In this document: positions 16,967-26,154 of the stretch, in pieces
Layout: every line of letters starts with the position of its first letter
How positions within the stretch are numbered: position 1 is the first letter of the stretch
Origin: a virus
Lineage: Duplodnaviria; Caudoviricetes
IMG/VR virus record: IMGVR_UViG_3300032320_000178
Span: 1-42,140 of that record
DNA length: 42,140 nucleotides
Direction: 5' to 3' (one strand)
Notes under the pieces: generated by a model
Databases searched by the model: none
What the model saw: the letters and a program-made list of their open reading frames with translations, nothing else
What the model was told of the DNA's origin: nothing
Made by a program: the position numbers and the translations under genes

Positions 16967-18979
16967 TTAGGCTCCTCTTAAGTAAGACAGCGGACTCTTG
17001 GCATTCGGGCTGATCTTGCCACCTGCAAGATTCTTGCCTTTATGTTGACGCAGTTTAGAGCGCATTTGATCGAGCTTTGCCGCTCCTGCCTTAGAGGATC
17101 CATTGCCAAGCATTGCTACTGATTCTGCATCCATCACGTATTCGCCATCTGACAAGACCGCGTTTACATCATCAGAACGTCCATCCGCACCTCCGCCAAT
17201 CTTCATGCTGTGCACTTGGCTAAGTCCACCCATTGCCTTTGCTTGGGTAGGAACCTGACCATATTGGTAGTAGGCAGTCTTAGGGTCGCGAGGACGCTGA
17301 GGCATCTGAGGACGACCTTGTTGCATACCGCCTTGAGGAGGCATACCTTGAGCGTTTTGCGGCATCATTGGGCGACCAGGCATTGCTCCACCTTGCATCA
17401 TTGGAGGACGACCGCCTTGTTGAGGCATTTGTGGCCGACCCTGCATACCACCTTGAGGAGGCATCTGAGGACGACCTTGCATACCTTGAGCCATACCGCC
17501 TTGAGCAAAGTGTTTCATCTGGATTAGGCCACCCATTTTTGCTGGGATTGGCACAGGAACAAACTTGGTATTTTGGAAAAACTGATGCTCACCACCCGCC
17601 TGTCCATATTTTGCAAGATCGCCACCGTAGTTGGCTTTGTCGCGCATGTACTGATACAAATCAAGCGACTTGGTGAAGTTGCTGTCTTGCGTTGAACCTT
17701 TTGGAGGAGGAGTTGCAGAAGGAGGGCCGCCTGCGCCGCCAAGGGCACTTGTTGCAGCCAAGGCGCCAGCACCAAGCAGCCAAGGGTTTGCATTCTTTGT
17801 CCAGTCAACAATGTTTGAACCAGCAGTCTTAGCTGCATCGATAATATTTCCGCTTGCAAGTTGATCCAGGGAGCGAGGAGCCCCCATGTTTGTCGTCGCA
17901 TCGTAAGTTATTGTCTGAGGTGTTGGCGTGATAGCAGTCTGGCTAACAGTCACGTCAGGTGTTGCTGCGCCATAAGTCCGGCCGCTGTCTCCAGTCCATG
18001 TATCAGTTGTGCCACGGATTGAAGGATCAAGTGATGTGTCGCTATAGCGGAACTCAGGTAAACCAGAAACGTCTGCAGTCAAGCCCTGGCCACCGCCCAT
18101 GCGAGCAAGGTTAGGAGCATCTGGCAGTTGCAAACCAGGACCGCCTGACATACCATTTGGTGTCAAGCTATAGTTAGGCTCGCCATACATGTTGAATGAG
18201 TCAGCTGGCGTAAAGTCAGGAAGCTTAAGACCAGGAGCCCCTGATTGCGCGCCACTTGACAAACTGTAGTCAGGGTTGAATGATGTGTCCAAGCCAGACG
18301 TGAATGTTGGCATCTCAACTTGAGGGATTGTTGTGTCCAATGACCGCAATGGGCTTGTGGGGGTTGAGGGCACCACTTCTGCTGGAGGAGCAATTGACTC
18401 AAGAGGTGAAGGTGCTGCAGCTGGAGTTGTTGCAACCGCTTCACTACCAAGAGGAGGTAATTCTGTTCCGGTGACATTGCCCATATTGACAGGAGATGTT
18501 TGGGCAACAGGAATTTCTGGAGTGATGGGAGGCGCAGACGTGAGCGAGTCTGTTGGCTTAAACAGATCGCTTGACAAGTCCATTCCGTTAACCGAGTCTA
18601 ATCTCGAGGAAGGATTTGTTGGACCAAGCAATTCGGCTCCGACGCCGGCTCCGACGCCGGCCATTAAACCGCCTTTGATTGCGTCATCAAAGTCTTCGCC
18701 TTGAACAAGGCCGGCTGCCGTGTTTGCTGCACCAGCTGCAATACCTACGCCAACAGCTGCAGATGTTCCAAAATAAGTTGCTGCCATTGGTCCTAGATAA
18801 GCTGCCGCCGCTACGGTTGCAATTGCAGAAAGAGGGTCATCCATGATGGGCTGAATGACGTACGTGTCAACTGATTGAGCAACGTCTTCAACAACATCAA
18901 CAACACTTTCAACAACATCGCCAACGGCCTCAACTACGCCGCCGACTACGTCCGAAACAGCATCTACTACTGCACTCAT
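16967..18979 (-). CDS. Internal virion protein (670 aa)
   Basis: Amphipathic V/D-rich N-terminus, Ala/Gly hydrophobic segment, P/T-rich linker, GMQGRPQMP repeats, DGRSDDVNAVLSDGEYV motif. Confidence 0.65.
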   Translation of the reverse strand: MSAVVDAVSDVVGGVVEAVGDVVESVVDVVEDVAQSVDTYVIQPIMDDPLSAIATVAAAAYLGPMAATYFGTSAAVGVGIAAGAANTAAGLVQGEDFDDAIKGGLMAGVGAGVGAELLGPTNPSSRLDSVNGMDLSSDLFKPTDSLTSAPPITPEIPVAQTSPVNMGNVTGTELPPLGSEAVATTPAAAPSPLESIAPPAEVVPSTPTSPLRSLDTTIPQVEMPTFTSGLDTSFNPDYSLSSGAQSGAPGLKLPDFTPADSFNMYGEPNYSLTPNGMSGGPGLQLPDAPNLARMGGGQGLTADVSGLPEFRYSDTSLDPSIRGTTDTWTGDSGRTYGAATPDVTVSQTAITPTPQTITYDATTNMGAPRSLDQLASGNIIDAAKTAGSNIVDWTKNANPWLLGAGALAATSALGGAGGPPSATPPPKGSTQDSNFTKSLDLYQYMRDKANYGGDLAKYGQAGGEHQFFQNTKFVPVPIPAKMGGLIQMKHFAQGGMAQGMQGRPQMPPQGGMQGRPQMPQQGGRPPMMQGGAMPGRPMMPQNAQGMPPQGGMQQGRPQMPQRPRDPKTAYYQYGQVPTQAKAMGGLSQVHSMKIGGGADGRSDDVNAVLSDGEYVMDAESVAMLGNGSSKAGAAKLDQMRSKLRQHKGKNLAGGKISPNAKSPLSYLRGA
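17290..17500 (-). repeat. Low-complexity GMQGRPQMP(P/Q)QG coding repeats
   Basis: About 5-6 degenerate copies in the protein; GAGGCATCTGAGGACGACCTTG recurs in the DNA. Confidence 0.8.
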
Positions 18980-19434
18980 TGCTGTGCTCCTTCACGTTTT
19001 TGTCCGAGTTGCAAAGCAACCTGATATTGGCCGTCAGCTAACATAGTGACGTTGTAGCCCATGCCAGGGTTTGGAGGTTGTTTTGCAACATTGCGGAAAA
19101 TGTTTATGAGGCTTTGGTCACTGAACTGGGTGACCACTGTGTCAAAGCCTGCTTTGTAAGCATCAACTGCAAAAGCAAAGCCTGACGCTGCAAAATTTGG
19201 GGCAGTATCTGCGTTCAGTGCTCTGAACATGCCCTTGCGAGGAGTCTTTGGAGAAGGATGCACCACGTAGACAGTGTTGCCGTACCGGTAGAATTTTGCT
19301 CCAGGCATCTGCACCTCCTTGACGAAGGCAGCATACACGAATTCCATCGGGTACTCTGATTTTGTATTCTCGGCAGCTACCTTAATTAGCTCACCAAGGT
19401 CTAGCATTTGTTGTCGGCTGTCTACGAGCGGCAT
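18976..19434 (-). CDS. Hypothetical alpha/beta protein, possibly degenerate GNAT-fold acyltransferase
   Basis: 152 aa, coupled to both neighbours. Occupies the slot just before the ejection genes where many podoviruses carry a small GNAT-like gene. The fold is inferred only; no clear acetyl-CoA motif. Confidence 0.45.
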   Translation of the reverse strand: MPLVDSRQQMLDLGELIKVAAENTKSEYPMEFVYAAFVKEVQMPGAKFYRYGNTVYVVHPSPKTPRKGMFRALNADTAPNFAASGFAFAVDAYKAGFDTVVTQFSDQSLINIFRNVAKQPPNPGMGYNVTMLADGQYQVALQLGQKREGAQQ

Positions 19435-19435
19435 A

Positions 19436-20557
19436 TTAGATCCTCATGTTGAAAAGCGCAGCACTGAACACGTTGCCCATGCCAGCACTCAAGCTTAACA
19501 CTGCCCCTTCAGGTGCTTCAATCGCCTCTGAGAGGAACACATGATCCTCCTCGCTACGATTCAAGATCCCAGGGACAGTTCCCTTTTCTAAATCATTGAA
19601 CAGCAAGAGGGTCTCTAACAATCCACTCGCTCCCATCGTATGGCCGATTCGCTGCTTGTACGATGTTGCTACAAAATCACTCAAGAACCCTTCCAGCGCC
19701 GCCTTTTCAGCATTGTTGTTAGATCTGGTACCGGTACCATGAGTTTTTACGATTTTAATTTGTTCTGAGGAAATTTGACAAAGTTTAAGCGCGCCCTCGA
19801 TAGCTCGTCTAAAACCTTGTCCATCTTCTCTTTGTCCTATGGCGTTTTGGGCAACCTCTGTTGCTGTCCAAGCTGACAGAAGTTCGGCGCTGATTCGAAG
19901 TTTTGAACGCTTTACGGCTTCTTCTGACTCAAATACGGCAAACGCGGCACCTTGGCCTATGTAGAACCCAAAGTTTTTAGAATCGAATGCACTGGGGATC
20001 ACCTGGTGAGCCTCGGCCATGCTCTCGGTCAGGGTTGCCTTAGCTTCTCCAAAGAACTGGAGGGTCATGTTGTTGACCTGGTCCTCAATAGCTAGTACAA
20101 TTACCCGGTCAAAGCCATAAAACTTGATCAGGGTCTGCACGTCCATCAAGGCCTTGAGGCTAGAAGTGCAGGCGGTGGCATCAGTTGCCGTGTGATCAAT
20201 CTCTCCGCACTGCGCAGCAACCCGACCAGCATAGATCTGGGTCAGAGACAACGGAAGGACCTTGTAGTTGTATGTCCATTCATTTTCTCTATTGAGTTTG
20301 GCGCCCTCGTTGGCAAAGTTGCTATTTCCCGCTGCCAGGATAAAGGCTGTCTTGCCTGTCTGGGTATCTTGGAGAAGCTTTAAAAGCGCGGGGTCCAAGA
20401 CCTTTTCAGCTACTTTGTGGGCTGGGTTAATCAGGCCTGTCTTGATCCTGTCGTAGCTCTCAGGAAACAAGTGAACCTTTTGGGGAAAGGTATGGTTCTG
20501 AAAAAGAGTTGTTTCCTCAGTGCTGGCAGTTCGGCTCTCAGTGAGGAAGATTCTCAT
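19436..20557 (-). CDS. Beta-ketoacyl-ACP synthase (FabB/FabF-like)
   Basis: DATACTSS (Cys130), GQGAAFAVFES, KTHGTGT (His273), KQRIGHTMGASG (His306), SAGMGNV. Start set at ATG 20557 (ATGA overlap with the ACP stop). Confidence 0.92.
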   Translation of the reverse strand: MRIFLTESRTASTEETTLFQNHTFPQKVHLFPESYDRIKTGLINPAHKVAEKVLDPALLKLLQDTQTGKTAFILAAGNSNFANEGAKLNRENEWTYNYKVLPLSLTQIYAGRVAAQCGEIDHTATDATACTSSLKALMDVQTLIKFYGFDRVIVLAIEDQVNNMTLQFFGEAKATLTESMAEAHQVIPSAFDSKNFGFYIGQGAAFAVFESEEAVKRSKLRISAELLSAWTATEVAQNAIGQREDGQGFRRAIEGALKLCQISSEQIKIVKTHGTGTRSNNNAEKAALEGFLSDFVATSYKQRIGHTMGASGLLETLLLFNDLEKGTVPGILNRSEEDHVFLSEAIEAPEGAVLSLSAGMGNVFSAALFNMRI

Positions 20558-20844
20558 ACAAACCACTCCCTTGCTTGGGCTAGATCGGCCGGCTGTCGGC
20601 GTCCCCATTCCTTTAGGAAGTCAAATAATTCTTGGGGCGTGGTTCCCATCATCTCTTTGCTTTTCTCGTCTTCTACGTCGTAGATTTCGCAAAGATAAAC
20701 CACGCACATGAGCATGTCAAGGCTGTCTAAGCCAGTCTCTTTAAGGATCATCTCCATAGAGTCAATGTGCCGAACTTCGCTGTTAAACGGTCTGGCTTTC
20801 TTAGCTACTTCATTCAGCAGCTCAATAAATTCTTGATCGGTCAT
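20554..20844 (-). CDS. Acyl carrier protein
   Basis: Acidic 96 aa helical protein with LKETGLDSLD phosphopantetheine motif (Ser41), coupled to the ketosynthase. Confidence 0.88.
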   Translation of the reverse strand: MTDQEFIELLNEVAKKARPFNSEVRHIDSMEMILKETGLDSLDMLMCVVYLCEIYDVEDEKSKEMMGTTPQELFDFLKEWGRRQPADLAQAREWFV

Positions 20845-21071
20845 TAGTCCACCATTTGTACAAAGCGTTGTGCCCAGGTACGCCAGTCGGTAAATGCAAA
20901 TGGATCAGGAACGTTTTTCTGGCTGAGTCCTGAGATAACGCAGAACTGCAGTGCCCATTCTTGCCACTTGTCCTCATCGTCTAGCCTTGAGAGCGCTCCA
21001 TAGGTTGACAGGTCCATAACGATCTGATCGGCCCAGTCGCGCAATCCTATTATAACAGGTTGCGTGATCAC
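20844..21071 (-). CDS. Small Trp-rich hypothetical protein
   Basis: 75 aa; GTGA overlap with the upstream gene and TAATG overlap with ACP; repeated W-x-x-W-A motifs. Confidence 0.75.
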   Translation of the reverse strand: MITQPVIIGLRDWADQIVMDLSTYGALSRLDDEDKWQEWALQFCVISGLSQKNVPDPFAFTDWRTWAQRFVQMVD

Positions 21072-22714
21072 GTGGAACCCCCTGCAACGCCACCAAGCAT
21101 ATTGCCATCGGCTTCACCAACGTGGGCAATGACCTGACCCATTTGATAATTGCCGTTGATGGTGTTAGAGGTGAACTTAAACCGTAGTTCGCGGCGTTCT
21201 TCTTTGAACCAGACCACCTGTTCGTAAGGGGTAGCTGGTTCTGCAAAGATCGTGCGTTCAGGGCCAGGGACCTCAAGCGCCTTGGCGTTGGCCCTTCCTG
21301 TCAGCTGGACGGTCATGTTTTCAGACTGTATGAAGTCAGGCTCAATGGCTTCAACACGGATCCACTTGTTCTTTGAACCTCCTTGCGGAGTCAGCATGCT
21401 CATGTCTGCTGTCTCAAAGAACGAAGGAACCGCCGTGATGAACTGGCCATCAATCTCGTTCACGTCATGTTCGTGCTGCCAGACCTTGTAGCCTTCCTCA
21501 GGGACCGTGACGCGCTGGTCGCCATTTTGCGTGATCCGAAGGTCTCCGCCCTCTGTGATCCTGTTGTTTGACACAAAAGTAGACGTTTGTAGGCCGCACA
21601 GAAGTGGTGCAGCATACAAAGGAGACCACTCCCCAGCCGTCCGTCCACCATTAGGCAACTCGGTGTCATACCAGGTGTTCTCACGAAGGTTGTAGATGAT
21701 GGCGTGGGTGCACTCTGTTGCATCACCGCGTGGATAACACCACCAGATCTCGCCATACCTGGGAACCTTGTAAGCCCACACTTTTTGGGCTGCTGCCCGG
21801 TTCAGGCCATCGTAGAAGTAGTTGATGTTCAAGTTGTTAGGGATCTCGCGAACCACGCCGTTGAACATCAGCATGCGGTCTGTTCCAAGCCAGTAGTAGA
21901 TGCCGTCGTATTCGATGACCGAGGCAGCAGACAAGATGCTCGATTCTGGGCTAATCGTGTCAAACTGGAAGACTTCGGTGCCACCAACAAAAGATGCCCT
22001 GATAACAGCGTCTGCGCTCCAAAAGAGGCCCGCTGGCGCGTTTCCTGGACCGCCCCTAAGGGCTAGTGCACGAACGATCTTTTGACCTGCTACGCGGGCA
22101 TTTCCTGAACCAATCCCTGTCAAGTCTGTTGGGGCTCCAGCAACCGACCATCCGACAACGCCGTCATTGCCAAAGTACATTAGGTAGGGATGCAAAGAGA
22201 CCACGCCGCCAGTTACACTTACGCCAGCTGGAAATGTTGTGATCTCAGTTAGGGCGCTGGTTCCTGTCATAGGACCAATGAAGATCTGGCCGCCATCCGT
22301 GTTGCAAAGGCAACCAGCATTGGGAGCCACTTGGGCAACAATCATGTTGGCAGCAGGAATAGATTGCGTGTCATAGATCACGTCAAATTGCCAAAGGTTG
22401 TCTTCGCTGGCCACGTACGTAATTGGCGTGCGGTCTGTGATCAGGCTTGAGTTGCCGCTTTGGTCAATGGTAAAACGCTCAACAAAACTGGCACTTCCAG
22501 AGTGAAAGTAAGTCAGGCCATTTTCTGTGAAGGTCTTGACCCCCCGGCTGATTTCGGTCAAGTAACGATTGATGACGGTATAACCTCCAACCTTACGAGG
22601 AAGGCCACGTTGCCAACGGACCCATTGGCCATCGACATGGTAGTCGCCCTCGTACCTGGTGCCATCACGCTTGATGCCAGGCAGCGACTTAAGGACTATT
22701 GGAGTTGTTGCCAT
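21068..22714 (-). CDS. Tail nozzle / tail tubular B-like (stabilisation) protein
   Basis: 548 aa, beta-rich; PGIKRDGT start, EIWWCYP..CTHAIIYN...WY; position before the ejection genes. Confidence 0.65.
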   Translation of the reverse strand: MATTPIVLKSLPGIKRDGTRYEGDYHVDGQWVRWQRGLPRKVGGYTVINRYLTEISRGVKTFTENGLTYFHSGSASFVERFTIDQSGNSSLITDRTPITYVASEDNLWQFDVIYDTQSIPAANMIVAQVAPNAGCLCNTDGGQIFIGPMTGTSALTEITTFPAGVSVTGGVVSLHPYLMYFGNDGVVGWSVAGAPTDLTGIGSGNARVAGQKIVRALALRGGPGNAPAGLFWSADAVIRASFVGGTEVFQFDTISPESSILSAASVIEYDGIYYWLGTDRMLMFNGVVREIPNNLNINYFYDGLNRAAAQKVWAYKVPRYGEIWWCYPRGDATECTHAIIYNLRENTWYDTELPNGGRTAGEWSPLYAAPLLCGLQTSTFVSNNRITEGGDLRITQNGDQRVTVPEEGYKVWQHEHDVNEIDGQFITAVPSFFETADMSMLTPQGGSKNKWIRVEAIEPDFIQSENMTVQLTGRANAKALEVPGPERTIFAEPATPYEQVVWFKEERRELRFKFTSNTINGNYQMGQVIAHVGEADGNMLGGVAGGST

Positions 22715-23904
22715 TAGTAGGTTCCGCCCTGGATGGGGTCAAGTCCAATAGCCACTTGGGCAGCTGCTTGGGAGGCCGCAGTAAAGATCGCAATACCCGT
22801 TGCTGTTCCACCCAGGTTGATCAAGGCGTTTCCTGCCGTAGTGGCTCCGGTACCACCGTCAGAGACGCTAATAGGAACCGCCACGCCGCCAGTATCAGCA
22901 GCAACTACGTTAGTGCCGTCAGAATACAAGATGGCTCGTGAGCCTTGGTTGACCGTATAGCCTGCCGCAATTGACGTTTTAACAGTCAGGGTGTATGGTC
23001 CTGTCGTGTTGTTAGCCACCCAATACTGCTGGACAGTCTGGGGAACAATGACTGTACGGTTGCCCGTCAAGACACCGGTAAAGTTGTAGGCGATGCGGTT
23101 TAATTCGCTGCCCGACAAGGTGTAGTTGCCTGTTCCGGCTACGCTGATTGATGTGTAGTCAAACGCAAAGACAGGCGATTGCCCATAGCCAAGTGTGTAA
23201 AAGTTGTTGCCATCCGTAAAGATGATTGCAGAATCACCTGGCTGAAAAGTTAGCGTAGAGGATCCGTTGATTGTTTGGGCGCCAGGAGGATCAACTAAAA
23301 GAGCGCCCGTACCCTCATTGCGAAGCTGGAAGAACCAATTATTTCCAAGGGTGCCGGCAGTGGCCATGGTAAGGGTGCCAGCTCCTCCATTCCAAATGTA
23401 AGTTCTGGCTCTACTGTCTGTGTCAGCTGTAAAGTTGCTTCCAAAAAACGTGACAGGCATGGCCAATGACAAAAGGGAGCCAATAGCAATCAGTCCGGTT
23501 CCTGCTAAAGACGCTGCGTTTGCAGTGGAGACAGCCGCTCCAAACTGAAATGCAAGCCAGGTGCCTCCAGCTGTTGTGTTGTTGGTCAGGTAGATCTGCC
23601 AGACTTGGCCTGCAGCAGGAGCCGCTACTTGTACACCCGCAGCATTCCTAATGATGAATGAATTGGAACCAACGTTGTTGAACAAGATGGCTTGCCCAGT
23701 TGATGCCTCAAGAGCGCTTGGCAAAGTCAGGCTCCAAGGACCTGCAGTGGCCGTCACATCCATGATGCCGGCGATTAAGTTTGTTGAAGGGGCAGTCTCA
23801 AGGGCCCAGTCAAAAGTCGTGTTGGCTGTAAGGCTCACTGTGGCGTAGCTGATCTCTGAAGGAGAAATGTTGCTGCCGCCAAAGATGTTGGTGTAGGTGG
23901 TCAT
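22714..23904 (-). CDS. Tail structural protein (T/G/A-rich beta protein)
   Basis: 396 aa; GGTGATTA..A..NLG fibre motif; ends in GGTY. Confidence 0.6.
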   Translation of the reverse strand: MTTYTNIFGGSNISPSEISYATVSLTANTTFDWALETAPSTNLIAGIMDVTATAGPWSLTLPSALEASTGQAILFNNVGSNSFIIRNAAGVQVAAPAAGQVWQIYLTNNTTAGGTWLAFQFGAAVSTANAASLAGTGLIAIGSLLSLAMPVTFFGSNFTADTDSRARTYIWNGGAGTLTMATAGTLGNNWFFQLRNEGTGALLVDPPGAQTINGSSTLTFQPGDSAIIFTDGNNFYTLGYGQSPVFAFDYTSISVAGTGNYTLSGSELNRIAYNFTGVLTGNRTVIVPQTVQQYWVANNTTGPYTLTVKTSIAAGYTVNQGSRAILYSDGTNVVAADTGGVAVPISVSDGGTGATTAGNALINLGGTATGIAIFTAASQAAAQVAIGLDPIQGGTY

Positions 23905-23905
23905 G

Positions 23906-24559
23906 TTAGGCCTCGTTTCTTACGGCACCACGGTCTAAGATCTTGCTCATGTCTTCGCCTTGCAACGCTTGCGCAGCTGATTGATACATGGCTTGCCAGA
24001 CAGGGATTCGTTCGTCGTTTTTCAAGAATGGAGTTGCCTCCAACAAGGTTGCATACAGCAGCAAGTTGGGAGCATACTGAGTGAGCCAGTTGGTCTGGGT
24101 GTTGTCATCCAACAAGACAGGCAACTCGTAGTACAAGATCTCAATTGGGTAAGCAGAATTTGGCGTCGGCGCAATGATCCAATTGGTGTAGTTGTAGTCG
24201 CCGTAGAACACTGGCTCGTCAACTAGCGTGTCATTGGGCCAATAGCTTCTGATGTACTCGTAGGCTCTTGAGAATAGCTGGACGCGGGTGTTGTTGCCTG
24301 TACTGGTTCCGATGTTCATCGAGATGGTCTCGCGCCAACGGTCTGGCTTGGCAAGGACCGCAACGCCAGCCTGCAAATTAGTCACGACGACAGTCTGGAA
24401 GCCTTGAATCTTCAGGTCGCGGCTGATGCGGCGTTCTGCAAAGTTGATCAGGCTAGGGATCTGAGCATAGACCAACGGGTCCGTGACAACAGATGCCCCA
24501 CGTTCCAGGTAGCTGCGGACGTCGTTTTGCAGCGACGCAAAGGTCATTGCTTGTGGCAT
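23906..24559 (-). CDS. Head-tail adaptor-like protein
   Basis: AERRISRDL, IAPTPNSAY, TNWL...APNLLLYATLLEATPFLKNDERIPVW pattern of podovirus adaptors. Confidence 0.7.
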   Translation of the reverse strand: MPQAMTFASLQNDVRSYLERGASVVTDPLVYAQIPSLINFAERRISRDLKIQGFQTVVVTNLQAGVAVLAKPDRWRETISMNIGTSTGNNTRVQLFSRAYEYIRSYWPNDTLVDEPVFYGDYNYTNWIIAPTPNSAYPIEILYYELPVLLDDNTQTNWLTQYAPNLLLYATLLEATPFLKNDERIPVWQAMYQSAAQALQGEDMSKILDRGAVRNEA

Positions 24560-24897
24560 TACACGTTCCTCTCAAAGTGAGGGCAGTCCACCAGGCTCTT
24601 AAAGTTTCCGCCCCAACGATTCTTAGGGTATAGGCTTTCCCAGTAGGCGCCCAAGGGAGCAAGGATTTCCTTGTCCCAAATGATCTGGCCATCCTTGAAG
24701 AAATTCAGATCGATTGCGCATCGCTTCAAATGAATTGAATTCATGGTCTTGCTGCGACCAGTCTTGACATAGATGGCTTGTTGTTCAGGCGTCCGTTGCA
24801 ATTCGCCGCCGGTTACCATGAAACCTTGTTCGGTAGCATATTGGATCAGCTTGCAAGCATCCAGCAAGAATGCTGCTTGTTCTTGACTCAGGCTCAT
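24559..24897 (-). CDS. Endolysin, peptidase M15 family
   Basis: RTPEQQ, SKTMNSIH..CAID and WGG.F...DCPHFE zinc-peptidase motifs. Confidence 0.9.
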   Translation of the reverse strand: MSLSQEQAAFLLDACKLIQYATEQGFMVTGGELQRTPEQQAIYVKTGRSKTMNSIHLKRCAIDLNFFKDGQIIWDKEILAPLGAYWESLYPKNRWGGNFKSLVDCPHFERNV

Positions 24898-25412
24898 TCT
24901 TTGCCTCCCTTACGCATCTCCATGACTTTCTCAACAGTGCGGCCGCCAAAATAAGCGGTCATCACTAACATGCCCCACTGACCCAGCAGCTGGACGTAAG
25001 ATTCTTGCACCTGTATGCCTGCAGCACTCAAGGCAGCAAACAGTAAATAGGCGGTAAGGATGTAGACCAAGGTGCCTGGACGAATGTTCTTGGATAACCA
25101 AGAATCAGAAGCCATGTCAGCTTCCCAACGGCGAGAGACGTTTGACTCTTCTGCCACTTTTGCTGCCAACAAGGCTTTTAATTCTTCTTGTTCAAGCTTT
25201 GCTTTTTCAATGCCAAGTTCCAGCAGGCGCTCTTCATGGTCATATTGAAGTTGACGAAGCTTGGACACTTCTTCAGGACCAGGATTGTCACTGATCTTGA
25301 CCCCTAGCTTTTCTTCAACTAGCTGCTTGCCTTTTGCTTGGATAGCAGACGACAAAAGACCCAGGCCATTTTCAGCAAGGGTCCCTAAAAGTGACGCAAC
25401 GATTGGTATCAT
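24894..25412 (-). CDS. Holin (3TM, GTA-holin-like)
   Basis: SDSWLSKNIRP, two hydrophobic helices, AYFGGRTVEK; adjacent to the endolysin. Confidence 0.82.
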   Translation of the reverse strand: MIPIVASLLGTLAENGLGLLSSAIQAKGKQLVEEKLGVKISDNPGPEEVSKLRQLQYDHEERLLELGIEKAKLEQEELKALLAAKVAEESNVSRRWEADMASDSWLSKNIRPGTLVYILTAYLLFAALSAAGIQVQESYVQLLGQWGMLVMTAYFGGRTVEKVMEMRKGGKE

Positions 25413-25687
25413 TCTTTTTCCTTTTTCTCTAAATCTTTCAACAACTTTTCAATTCTCTCCTCTGTGCGTTCTGCCTTTTTTTGTATTTTCATGGTATCAA
25501 AATACAGCATTGCTAGCAATGGCAATAATAAGCAAAACAATATCATCAGCAACACCACAACAGCTACATATCCCGACTCTGTTGAACGGCGTACAGCAGC
25601 GCCCAAATCTCCAGGATCAACAGCAAGACGGCTCCGAAGATCAAGGCTTCGTCCGACAATTTTTCTAATCGTTTTTGACGTTGCCAT
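25409..25687 (-). CDS. Single-TM membrane protein with coiled-coil tail (lysis cassette)
   Basis: Hydrophobic VAVVVLLMILFCLLLPLLAML followed by a charged coil. The stop overlaps the holin start; the start is uncertain. Confidence 0.6.
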   Translation of the reverse strand: MATSKTIRKIVGRSLDLRSRLAVDPGDLGAAVRRSTESGYVAVVVLLMILFCLLLPLLAMLYFDTMKIQKKAERTEERIEKLLKDLEKKEKE

Positions 25688-26091
25688 TTTTTGTTCCTCT
25701 CCGCTATGACTTCCTGCCTAATCTCTTCCTCGTGCTTCTTTGTCAGCTTTGCAAACTCTTTCTCATACCTTGACCAAACAGCCCCCAAAGCGGGGTCTGT
25801 GTGGTAAATCAAATACTCGCGCATCTCAACTGCTTGCCGCTCAAGTTCAATCTGGTTGAACACATTCTCAAGCGCCTGCGCCTTAAGCGACTTTTCTTTT
25901 GGTGGGTTAATTTCTTGACGCTTGACTTCTTTTTTTACTTCTTCCTGCGCCTCAAAGAACTGCCCAATGAATCCTGAAATCTCCTTGGTTACTTTGTAAA
26001 GATCAGAACCTGTTGCCTTTGCATCCTTATACAAGGAGATGCCTTGCTTAATTCCAGCAATTGCGGCAAGAGCAAGGGTAATAGGTTCAAT
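25564..26091 (-). CDS. Coiled-coil membrane protein with C-terminal TM; probable ATT start
   Basis: The frame extends upstream of TTG 26034 to ATT 26091 (IEPITLALAAIAGIKQG), which follows GAGGA. Confidence 0.65.
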   Translation of the reverse strand: MEPITLALAAIAGIKQGISLYKDAKATGSDLYKVTKEISGFIGQFFEAQEEVKKEVKRQEINPPKEKSLKAQALENVFNQIELERQAVEMREYLIYHTDPALGAVWSRYEKEFAKLTKKHEEEIRQEVIAERNKKWQRQKRLEKLSDEALIFGAVLLLILEIWALLYAVQQSRDM

Positions 26092-26154
26092 TTTGTCCTC
26101 ACTTAGTTGTCATTGTTTTTCTATCTTGGTCTCAATAATTGCAATCTTTGGCCA

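Noticed and set aside
19436-20844. Host contamination or full fatty-acid/polyketide cluster
   Set aside because: Both genes overlap or abut phage genes with no junction signs, and the other FAS/PKS enzymes are absent.
26110-26154. In-frame continuation WPKIAIIETKIEKQ after the TGA of 26155-26367 (readthrough or recoding?)
   Set aside because: Only 14 codons, and other genes end normally at TGA; more likely a gene remnant or chance.
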